Shown one piece after another: positions 1 through 16,510 of a stretch of DNA of 64,000 bases. Each line of letters begins with the position of its first letter. Position 1 is the first letter of the stretch. Where the stretch lies: the NCBI GenBank assembly GCA_051294375.1, contig JBJCIZ010000239.1, positions 3,355,989 through 3,419,988 on the forward strand, written 5' to 3'. A program made the position numbers and the translations under genes. The stretch comes from Paraspadella gotoi. Its lineage: Eukaryota; Animalia; Chaetognatha. A model generated the notes under the pieces. It ran no database searches and had not been told where the DNA came from. It saw only the letters and a program-made list of their open reading frames with translations.

Positions 1-267
1 CGGATTAAATAAATGCGATGGAAAAAAAAAAAGCAATGATGTAAATGTGGAGATAAACTTTGAAGATAAAGCCACGGCGACTAGTTTCGCGCCGCGTTTT
101 GGTCCCTAAAACTCCCGAGTCTGGAATCAGCTAAGACGGCACAAGACTAAATAATCAAGGTGACAAAAAGATGGCGAAAATGACACATTTGTGATCGATA
201 GAGGGCGAGAAAGGGGGGAAGAGTGTGGAGAGGGCGTGGGATCACAGGGGCTGGAGAGTTAGTCTCT

Positions 268-3462
<3,195 letters not shown>

Positions 3463-3655
3463 TTTCGTGTGTGTTGTTGGATGAGAAAGACTCGGACGAT
3501 TAAGGAATAAATTAAGTAAATTCTATTGGGGAGCGAACGCACAAATAATGAGAAGTTATTTTAGTAAACGCGGAAAATTCCGAACGACAGTAAATTTCTC
3601 GATGAGACTGAAGAAGCCACGCGGGGTTGAGGATTTAAAGACGGGAGAGAGACGC

Positions 3656-3737
3656 CTCGAACATTCTAGAAGGAAAGAGGCGGAGCTTCGTCGCGCCGGA
3701 TCAAGGATTTAGAGCTATTGGTCGCATTTTCTAGAAC
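3656..3737. promoter_or_regulatory. Heat shock elements upstream of hsp70
   Basis: CTCGAACATTCTAGAAG (3656-3672) is an nGAAnnTTCnnGAAn array; TTCTAGAA at ~3729-3736; nearby ATTGG/CCAAT boxes and a TTTAAA at ~3634. These lie ~200-270 bp upstream of the hsp70 ATG. Confidence 0.8.
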
Positions 3738-4055
3738 CCGTCGCCCGATTGGCCGAGAAGTCGAAGAAGGAAGAAAGAGTCGGATAATCACGTCGACAGG
3801 CAAAAATGCCTTGTTTTCATCGCTCAAATTTTCGGCGTCCTAGTATCTGATTGGTGGGTTTCGAGACCGGTTCATTAAATAGGAAAAAAGATCCGATCTT
3901 ACGTCGCGAGTTTCGAGTTTTATTCGCCGATAGGCTCGCGACGATTTTTCCGAAGGGTCTTTGGTCGATCGGCGATAAACGGTCGGGTCGCAAAACAACC
4001 AATGACCGAGAGAACGAAATATCCAGATGATTCCAGAACAAAAGAGGAGGAGCTT

Positions 4056-4065
4056 GGAACGTTCC
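4056..4065. promoter_or_regulatory. Additional HSE-like palindrome GGAACGTTCC in the hsp70/pta intergenic region
   Basis: Two-pentamer nGAAnnTTCn match only; short, could be chance. Confidence 0.4.
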
Positions 4066-5405
4066 ACCGACAATCACTAAGGAAAAAGTGAAACGTGGGC
4101 CGGCGAAGCGTCCCGAACCGCCAACCACCCACTTACCAATCAATGATTCCTGCGATGGAAGAACAAGAAAGAAAAGAAAAGAAAGGAAAAGAAAAGCCAA
4201 GAAAATGAGGGGGGGGGGGAAGCAAGAAGCAAACTTTGTTTTTTTGAATTTTGGGAATTACGGGGAGGCGAAAGCGAAATCTAAAGAAATAAAAGGCGAA
4301 AGATTGAAAACGCCCATCCCGTTGCGAGGATGGAGAAAAAATCGATTTGGTGTAATATATGTTGCATTCGAAATTTATGATAGTATATTGAATAGAATAT
4401 TGAATTCAGAAAAACATTAAGATAGGTATTATTAGTAATCACTTCGGATGAATCATTGTCTGATAAAGTACTTAATTAGTTTTATTTTAACTAGATGACT
4501 AATTATATCCTGAAGATTTTGTTCAATAGAACAAAAAATGACCGGATAAAGTTTTTTTTATTAAATTAACATTCCTTCTTGATTTTTCTTGAGGTGCTCG
4601 TTGTACGTATCAACTATGTATCACGAGGTCGGATCACGGTTTCGCCGACCAAGGCCACGTGGCTCACGAAAAATAGGGGTACGAACGGTTGAGCCACGTT
4701 GTCTCCATATTCAGCTCGGAAAACGAGTCACAAGACCCCTCGTGTTGTAAAGCGAGCATTCATCACCAAAGGCTTTTTTATCCGTTGAAAAAAATCCAGA
4801 GTCAAACCGAGTTTACTTCTATTTTAAGGGTCATTAAAAAGTTATGTATTAAATATACTAACTAGTGGAGTATCTTCATTGACTATTAAAAGATAGGTTA
4901 GGAAAATATTTCACTATCTTCTGTCACTCTTAATTCCTTTCTTATTCTCTCTGTTTGCCTTACACCAAAATTAGCCACATTTCCGACAAGTCATGCTTTT
5001 GAGTTATGAATTAAGCAAACTTGTATTCGTTATTATTGCGACGTTAGTTGCAAGTCCCGCATTCTAAATATATAATCTATAAATGATAAAAATATAATAA
5101 TATCTCAAGTATGTTGTATCGATAAATGAAAAAAAAAAGATTATCGGCCAAGTTTCAAGTGGTTTTTTTATCTGAGAAAACTGCAGCATTTCGCCACCAA
5201 ACATTCAAAACTTCTTGTCTGGAAATGTAATTTAAAAATTTTTAAATTACTCGACGAGGTTACAGATTCCGCTTATTCGTAATGAAATATTTCAAACCCT
5301 AACTTGTAATACGCTATTTTTATCACTCTCCATGAAAAAGGTATTGTGTCCAATTCATTTATTTGGTTTTTAAACCTAAATTTAAAAACATTAAACATTT
5401 AATTC

Positions 5406-7657
<2,252 letters not shown>

Positions 7658-7904
7658 CGAGAAATTTAAACTTTTAAATTGGGAAGAGGTTTTGGACTCG
7701 AATTCTTGAAGAAGCACCGAAACCGTCAACTTCTTCTCTTCGTAACTTGTTTAATAAAACATTGGTTATGAAAAAAGCTTACGAGTTTCAGTGGAATTAA
7801 ATAACCAAAACATGATACCATTTGACATTGTTATTTCGAGCTCATCGTTTCGTTGCGTTTGAAATTAGAATTAAGTCAAATTGTTAGTTTTCAAGGAGAA
7901 AAAC

Positions 7905-7941
7905 GTACACGTTTCGGCTAATATGCCAGCCTTCATCAGCG
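7905..7941 (-). ncRNA. Minimal type I hammerhead ribozyme core
   Basis: Minus strand reads cg-CTGATGA-a-GGCTG gcatat TAGCC-GAAAC-GT-GTA-cg: CUGAUGA box, helix II, GAAA box, GUA cleavage triplet. Confidence 0.7.
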
Positions 7942-8183
7942 AAAAATAATGAGATGTGAAAATTTCACGGATTTGGTATTGAAAATTAAAACAAATTCGT
8001 TGTCTGTCAGCAAAACAAACGATTTCACTGTATTCCGATACTATTTGAATAATCCAATCAGAATAATAACTATCGACCGTTTCGAATGAAATTTACTGAA
8101 AGTTAAACTCGATTATTTTATCGAATAAAATTAAACATTTTAAATTTAGCATCACAACTTTTTTTTTCCCCTCGACAATAAAA

Positions 8184-11100
8184 TCAAAATCTAAAGTTGT
8201 TGACGCTCAAATCCGCGTCGCTCCTGTCGACGACCCGTCGATTTCCGCGCCAATCGTAACGGAATCCGGCGCCATCGTCGGGGTCCTCACGTTTGAAGTA
8301 GGAGTTGAAGCGGTTGAACCAAAAAGCGGAAAAGCGCCGCAAGTCCTCGACGTCGCCCTCTCTGTCGCCGTCACGAGCGGAGTCGACGGCGCGCTTCAGA
8401 ATTAAGTTTTTTATATTTAATCATATGTCTCATTAACGTGCACTAGGAGCATGCAGCAACCGGCTACAGCTTCCTTCCCCCCCCTCTTCTGCCTCTCTTT
8501 CTCTCGCCACCATCGGCGACCGAGGCGGGAAGCCAGCGAGAAGCCAGTAAAAAGCCAAGAAACCCACGAGGGTCAAACAAAGACCTCACCAAAACTCTAT
8601 GACGTCAAGAAGGCCATGGGCCAATTGGAGGGAAGAAGAGGATTGGGGAGGCTTTTGAGAAGAGCCAATAGGAACAAAGGCCCGGGACTTGGTGGGGCCA
8701 GGGGGTTGAATTCTATAGCAGAAAGGAGAGAGGCTGGAGAGAGCGGAGCATGCTCGTGTACGTTTATGGTATATTGTCTGTGATTTTTTCATTAAAATTT
8801 CGTCGTGAAAAAGAAGAAAACTTTTCTCATCTCAAGGTATATATGTCGTATTATGTCGATTTTTTAAATGACGTGTATTCATTCATTCATTCATTCATTC
8901 ATTCATTCATTCATTCTCTCTCTCTCTCTCACCTCAGCGACATCCTTTTCAATATTTTCCTGCTTCGTGTTCCCAGACTTTTTCTTCGTCTTCTTCCTGA
9001 TCTTCCCGACGACGTTAGGCAGTCTCTTTCGCTTCCCCTTCCCCTTCTCCATCCCCACACCCTTCCTCCCCACACCCTTCCTCCCAACCGACGGCATCGT
9101 CGGCGAATCGACGGCGTCTCGAGGCGCCACCTTCCTCGAACAAACGACGGGCGACTCGATCGACTCGACCAAAGTCCGCTCGACGGCGGCGGCCGGATTT
9201 TTCCGATCGATTCGCAGCCGGGATTCGGACGATCTGGATTCGATCGACGTGTACGAGATCGTGCGGTCCGTCACGAATCGAGGCGTGTAGGTCGACCGTG
9301 CGGACAGCGAAGAAGCGTTCGGACGTAATTCTTGAGGGCAAATAATTTATGAAATGAAATTAACAATTGGTTAAAATTTTTTGGCTGAAAAAGTGGGGAA
9401 ACTGAGAACGGACCTCCCACGGTGGGTCGTTCGTAAAGCTTGATCCAATCCGCCATGGTTCGTCGTTCGTCGCCCGCCGCCGCGTCGTCCGAGTGGGCGT
9501 GGCGTCTCCCAGTCACGGACGTCTTAGATTGACGGGGCGTCTCGGGTTCGGACGAAAAAGGCGTGTAAGATGGCGTGGGAGATAGGACAGGTTCGTTCGA
9601 CGCTTCCTCGGGAGATTTGCGAATTTCTGTACCAATGGAAATCGTTTGTCTTTTGTTTCTCTAATCTCAAGTCAATAGCCTCTGTCGGCCGTCATAAAAG
9701 TGATCATCATGAAGAGACTACAATTAGTTATCTTAATGAAGGCTTCGTATATTAAATAATAAGGGAATATTTCGAGAAAACAGATTAATTCACTAATGAA
9801 AAAAAAAGAATACTTCATCTTGTTTATTTTATAATAATTTATTTAGCACATTTTCTGTTGCTGCAACATAAACCTGCGCGAATGTGTTTCTCCTTGTTTT
9901 TCTTTATGATTGGTCGAACTATCGCAGATCTATCGGATCGTAGAGATCGCTTCATTGATTTAACGCCGGTTTTCTCTGAAACAGTATAAGATATTAAATA
10001 TTAATGCGTTAAATTAAAATTTCTGATAAGAATGATTATCGCACAAGCTTCAAAACTATGTGAACTATGTGAACACTATGGCGGATGAGAAAATTCTGAT
10101 CGTAATATAATTCTAATCATTAATATCATTTAATTCGTTAACTTTGCTTCAGGTAAACCGGAAACGTTTGTGGCGTCATTTCTATCGACGTTAATCACGG
10201 AGACGCGCCGTTCTGGAAGCGATGAACTCAGCTCGGTGTTAACGGGAGATAAAGCGAGGAAAGGAAAATCTGCCAACTCGTTGTCAAAGCGCAATTCTTC
10301 CGAAAGAAAATAATTTTAAATTGGTTTCACTTAAATTAAATTATATCGGGTTAGCTTTCACCTGGGAGAAGCGGGCTAGGTTTATTCTCTAGCGATGCTC
10401 TGATTGAATTCCCGTATTTATTCAGCCAATCGGCTGGATTTCGTCTTTCCTCAAACATAATATTGTAATATTTTTCAACGGCGTTTCTGTTTGAGTCAAC
10501 CTTAGATTTATTAGCGTCCAATATTGGAGTTGAGGTTTCCGAACGTTCTGTCAGGGAGAGATACAAACTGAACTTAAGTCAGCAGCTAGAAATACGGTAA
10601 AGTTTTTTATAATAATTCTCTTTAGAAGCCGATGGGCTTACTTTATTTTCGTTCGTAAGTGAGTATACTCATGAAAGCTCGTTGTTTTTTCCTCACTTCT
10701 TCTTTGTTTGTTTTCGACTGGCCGTGTCATTACTTCTTTCGCATCGTAGAACAAATCGACTTGATTCGTAGCATTTATGCTTTCGTCAATGGAGGAGCGT
10801 TCTGCTTGCAACAATTGGGTTAGACTTTCTGTCGAATGCGCAACGAACTTAGACGACGGAGGTGGAGAGAAGGACGTCACATTGCTTGCTCGAGACTGCT
10901 TGGTATGGCTTTTAATTTCTTCATCTGAAATTTGATCGATCTATTGTTAGAAAGCTGCGAGACGTTTAGAAAACTAATTAAACTTGTAAATGTATTTTTT
11001 TTACTGTAATTATAAAGTAATGATAATCACTGAAGCGGAGGTATCTCCATGTTGATCACCTGGGCAAAACTTAAAAGGTTTTTTGTCAATAGTGGAGGTG

Positions 11101-11944
11101 ATTTCGAATTTTTTCAGCCAATCGGCGCCAGTTCGTCTCTTCCGCAAGTGAGCAGAGGCAACGGGTCCTTCGTATCGCATCAGCCAATCGGCGAGAGTTC
11201 TTCGCTCTTCTCTTTCTTCTTCGACGTCTTCTTCGATTCGATCTTCGGTCTCATCGATCTTGGAGACTTCCATCGCTTCATTTCTCGACGAGACCGTCTC
11301 GTTCGCGTCCACCGCCGCGGAAAAATTCCGTTTCGCGTCCATTGTCTCCGAGATGCTTTCTATTGCGTTCGATCGAACCACGAGACTTGGGACGGAGGCC
11401 TTCGTCGCCCGAACGCTCGTTTTGTCCGTTGCAAAGGAAGGAATAAAGTTAAAGGAGACTTCATCTGAATTAGGGAAAACAATATTTTCACATTTTGTGG
11501 AAAAAAAAAAAAGCATCGTGCGTAAGAAGTTGTTGAAGGGACTCGCACGCGCTCACTCGCATCGCACACGAAATTATAAATTGGTATTAAATTAAGGAAT
11601 CTATCTATCTCTCTGTCTCTGTCTCTCTCTCTCTCAGGGAAAGTAAACGAATCTTTAAACAAAACATTACTTAGTTAACGGTAAAGACAAACGACTTAAC
11701 CGGTTCGGTTCTCCTCGGCCTTCTTCGCCAGCGCCGAAGTCGGAAAGTCGTACTTGAGCTGCCAGTCGGCGTTGGTCCTCTTTTCCGTGTCATCCGGTTT
11801 CCGCCGCTTGGCGGCGTCCTTGTAGCCGAGGTCGAAACCGACGGCGTTTTCCTCGTTGAGCGCCTCGCCTTGATTCGGTCCCCATGAAGCGACTGAGACG
11901 TCGCAGGAAAAGAAGGATAAACAAAAAAACAAAGGAACAACGGT
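8184..11944 (-). CDS. Multi-exon gene (5' end not located) for a low-complexity, probably secreted protein with five [KR]R-x-x-A-D-W repeats; candidate peptide precursor
   Basis: Exon-like blocks at ~11700-11944, ~11050-11465, ~10640-10925, ~10360-10550, ~9360-9660, ~8933-9330 and ~8184-8400. Repeats: KRTNADWQLKY, RRTLADWLMRY, RRTGADWLKKF, RRNPADWLNKY, RRTMADWIKLY. Several splice junctions are not firmly resolved. Confidence 0.65.
8420..8780. mobile_element. Putative MITE with imperfect terminal inverted repeats
   Basis: Left cattaacgtgcactaggagcatgc roughly matches the reverse complement of right gcatgctcgtgtacgtttatg; GC-richer interior in an AT-rich intron. No clear TSD. Confidence 0.4.
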
Positions 11945-11979
11945 CTATAAGTGGTTCTCTTTTCCGAGAGTGTGTGGCA

Positions 11980-12128
11980 ACGGGGATGGAGCATCTCGCC
12001 GTTGGTTAAAGGGGGCTTCCGACCCACAGTGGCGCCGTCTGCCACTGGCGCGATTACCCTCGGACGGTCTCGCTTTGCCAACGTAGTGGGAAGTCGTTAC
12101 GACAGTGGAATTAAACGCAACGCCTGGA
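11980..12128 (+). repeat. GC-rich dispersed repeat; second copy inverted at ~17062-17212
   Basis: Shared blocks gcatctc..gttgg, gcttccgaccc, ctgccactggcgcg, ttaccct, tctcgctttgccaac, gggaagtcgtta, aacgcaacgcctgg. Confidence 0.8.
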
Positions 12129-13068
12129 CGGTGCGTTTCCCCCTCTGAGCCAATGGGATTGGCTGAACGATGGCGGATGTGAGGCTGTGTGATTATACTA
12201 ATATACATTCCACAATTGCCCCATTTGTGTTCCTTTAACCAAGAATTTAATTTTAATACTTAACATATATATATTTTTAAATTTATAACATTTATAAATT
12301 TATAACATATAAATTTATAACATTATAACTTTTATAACATTTGACTCTAATTCTGAAACTTAATCCTCTAGTCTAATTTTTAACTAAAAGAATTAACACA
12401 ATTATGATTTTGAGACATAAGGGGTAGGGTGGAGTGATGAAAAGATTGAGTGATTGAACATTATTTTTTTGCTGCTTATGGACATATAATTAATGATTTT
12501 AAATCCTTTTAAAAATTTTTTTAGCATAACAGTATAGCAAATTCAATTATTTATGTAGTAATATCCTTATAAAATCATCAAATTTCAAAATATTTTATTT
12601 TATTTTTAAGATTTGGATTCGCTGTAAAAAACTAAGAAACTTTATAAAATATGTTATATGATATTTTAATGTTTAGATCACAAGAAATGACTAAAACGTT
12701 TTAACATATATAAGTTTCTATTACAGAAAATAAAAAAGTAAGAAATTTTTACCTTTTTTTTAATTTTAAACATTGAAGATGACAGAATTTTTGATAACAT
12801 GTTCTATATTTTTGATTAAACTTTTATGAAGAATCTGAATCTTTATTAAAAGTTTTATAAAAATTATTTTTAAAATTTACTATTTTATAAGGATATTACT
12901 ACAAATATATTATATTTTACTATTCTGTTCCCGAGATAATATGAACAAAATATTTTTTGTACTAGTTAATCATACTATCTCACATCTAAATATCATTGTT
13001 CGATCATTCAAATAAAATTTTTTGTTCTCGAGTGCTCCACTCTAAATAGGGGGCGTTCTGTGAAAATG

Positions 13069-13773
13069 CACGGATTTCAAATGGGAGTGAAATGAAAAGA
13101 ATTGTTATATATCTGTGATTAATAATTATTCATTTTATTAGTTGGAAAAGTTTATGTTCCTATAAAGAAAATTGATAATACTTTACATCATAGCAACTGG
13201 TGTGCTTGCCTTCCAGCAGCTTTTTTGTACATTTTTACCCTCTTATTTGGTAATTCAATTTTAAACTCATTGTGAAATAAATTGAGACAAATATTTTAAT
13301 TTCTTTTACATTCATTAGTTAGGTAGTATAATGTCTTGTTAGTCAGTTAGTTAGTATAATATCATTGGAGCATTCAAACAAATTCTTATTAATATATTTC
13401 AAGTTTTAGTTAGGCAACAAGCTCTTGCCCGATCATTGTTCTTTTGAAATTTTTTTTTAATATATAAAGACATACCCCAATGTCTTTATATGTAAGATGA
13501 ACCAAAATTTTCAAACATCATTTTTTTTTCATAAAAATATATCTTATAACAGGAAGGTCATATTAAAATGCAACAAATTTCCTTTTTTGAAATTCGACCA
13601 TGCTATTGATGAGCACATAACTAAGAAAGTAAGCAAGCTGGACTACTGGGAGTTGGAAAATAAAAAAACATCAGCGGTATTTTTACCAGGGTAAAAAAAT
13701 CTGAAGTTGCTATAACAAGTAGTTTCGCCGCAGTATTTGATCATTTCATTTCACTTCCCATTTGAAATCCGCG
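13069..13773. mobile_element. MITE (TIRs cacggatttcaaatgggagtgaaatgaaa / ttcatttcacttcccatttgaaatccgcg); related copy at ~14742-15133
   Basis: ~30 bp imperfect TIRs. The internal segment aaaagtaagcaa.ctggactactgg is shared between ~13625 and ~14990. Confidence 0.6.
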
Positions 13774-13837
13774 TAAGGCCCTGGCCCAAAATTGACTTAC
13801 GTCATTGTTTGCTTTGATTGAAATTAATTTATAAAAT

Positions 13838-13985
13838 CCTCGCTCTTCCCATGTCTAACCCCACGTCTCCTTACATTTCCATCTCCTCGATCTTCCCATT
13901 TCTACCCCACGTCTCCTCACATTTCCGTCTCCTCGCTCTTCCCATCTGTACCCCACGTCTCCTCACATTTCTGTCTCCTCGATCG
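13838..13985. repeat. Tandem repeat, ~46-47 bp unit, ~3 copies, spanning the channel stop codon
   Basis: Repeated ctcctcg.tcttcccat...taccccacgtctcctcacattt. Confidence 0.8.
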
Positions 13986-16478
13986 CGCCATCTGCATCTT
14001 CGTCCTCATCCAGTAGGTATCGACGAGGAGGTTGATTTGATCCGTGTCTTCCATCTCCGCCACCTCCTCCTCCTCCTTATCTTCCTTCTCCGGGACGTGA
14101 AACTCCAGAATTGGTTGCAGATAAGAGAGGCGCTGCATCGTGAGCAACTCCGCGTTGGCCATAGCAGACACCAGACGCTGGACGTGCGCCTGATGGGTAA
14201 GGGGAGGCGGATAAGGAGGGAACTGAGGGAGACATACTACAGAGAAAAAAAGAGAGAGAGAGAGACAGACGGAAACGCCTCACCTCCTCCAAATAGTAAA
14301 CGGCCAGCATCGTCTTAGCTTTGTAGGTGACGTTCGACTTCTTGGGGAGGACGACACAATCCGGGCCGAAGACACTCTTTGCTTGAAGGATTTTCGCTTT
14401 CTTCTTCTTCGGGTCGATCACGAATACCTCGCCCTGTTGAAAGCCAGGTACCCCGGGAGTAAATAAACTACACAGACTGTGAGAGAGTCCTGTTGAATGC
14501 TTGAAGGGGTCTGCCATGTTTTGATTTTATAATAGGGTTCGAGGCCTTAACCCACTCTGTACATTGTGTACAAAGTCAGGCGCAAGATACACTCCTGTGA
14601 AAAAAAAAACGCGCCATTTTATAACTTTTAATTCCAGACGCTCTATAAAAACATTTTTAAAAATTATATAATTTTTATATTGGTTGTACCAATTTCATAA
14701 AAAAAAAATTAAAAACTAAATGGGAAAATCGACTTTTTATCTACACGGATTTTTTTTAACTAAAAAAATTTTTAAATAAAAAAGGCTGCCATTGTGGTTA
14801 TAAAAAGTTTTTGACATTGCTCAAATACATATTCCAATGTCTATATCTGTAAAATAAACTGAAATTTTAAAATATTTTATTTTTTTTATAAAAATATATT
14901 TTTATATTATAACTGGAAAGTTATATTCAAATACAAAAAAATTGCTTTTTTAAAATTCGTCTATGCCATTGATGATTACATAACTAAAAAAGTAAGCAAC
15001 CTGGACTACTGGCAATTGAAAAATAAAACGTCAGCAATTTTTTTACTAAGCAACAAAATCTGAAATCTTTATATCAAATAATTTAGCCACAGTTTTTGAT
15101 CATTTCATTTGACTCCTATTTAAAATCCGTGTAAAAGCTTAATAATAATAATAGACCTGTCTTTCATCATATGTTTCAATAACCTTAAGATCTGGGGCAA
15201 TCCAGTTATCCCTCCGGATATCCAGTATAATTTTTTTTTCATTTTTAATCTACTTCAAATATCGCAAACAATTAGAAGAAAAAATATTAATCTATCAGAT
15301 TTTTTCACATTCAGCTTTGTGGTAGAATACTTTATTTTAAAAAATCATTGCTCCTAAACGGATAGCCCAATTATAATAAAATTTATGCCAAACTTATCAT
15401 CTTTCAATAAACTTTCAATTATTTTTAAAATCTTTTTTTAATTCTTTAATAAAGTGGCGCGATTTTTTTAAACATGGCTGTAGCTATATCATAATATAAT
15501 ATATTAATATATTAATTAATTTCATAATAAAAGCAGATTTCCAAACAGCAGCTGCAGCAACAGAAAAAAACTCTTACCCGTTGCAGCCGCTGCAATTTTG
15601 TAACTCACCTTCGTTATGTAGTAAGCTCGATCGATGATCTCTCCTCGATCGACGACGGTGTCCCCGGGAAGATAGAGTTGTTCGCGGACTGAGAGAGAGA
15701 GAAGCCGGAGAGTGCCTAATTTTCATGAGATGATCGGGGGGGGATGTGGAATTGGGGAATTGGGATAAGCATGTAGATCAAAGTCCAACGAGAGTTTATG
15801 TCCAACAAGTTAACTCATGGCAGGCGCATGGTTGGCAAATTACGAGCTTCTCAATAAATAAAAATAATGTGCAAATGAGGTTTAAAGTGAGGCTTTGCAG
15901 AAAACAAATGGTCAACTTCAACTACCGATTGAAAGTGGCTTGAGCGCCGGAAGCTGATCGAAAAAGTTTTGACAGAGTTGATGGACGACATCGCGTTTGA
16001 TTGTCATCGTCAGACTCGTGAATAGCGTGTGGATACGGTGGTGCTCAAAGTAATTCATGGACATCTTGAGGTAATCCAAAGTACGATCGCAGATCTCCGG
16101 CCGGGCTTTGTAGCTCAAGGAAGAGGAAAAGAAAATACGTTGGTTTTTTTTACTAAATCTCTTGAGAAAATAAACGTCTATACATGAAGTACAAATATTT
16201 TTTTAGTCGATTATTTTTATGAATTTTAAATCATTATATTAATTTCCTTTCTTTTCGTTGTTTTTGCAAATTAGAGAAAGACAAAGTTTATTTGTTTATG
16301 TACAACGATTTATTTTTACATAGGACATGTTTTGGCTTTAAGTATAAGCCTTCATCAGCGTTTGATTAATCAGACAAATTTTTCTCTTAACATTGAGTCA
16401 GAGAGAGAAGGAGAGATTGAGAGAGAGAGAGAGAGACAGAGAGAGAGAGAAAAGAGAGAGAGAAGCTTTATCTTTATC

Positions 16479-16510
<32 letters not shown>

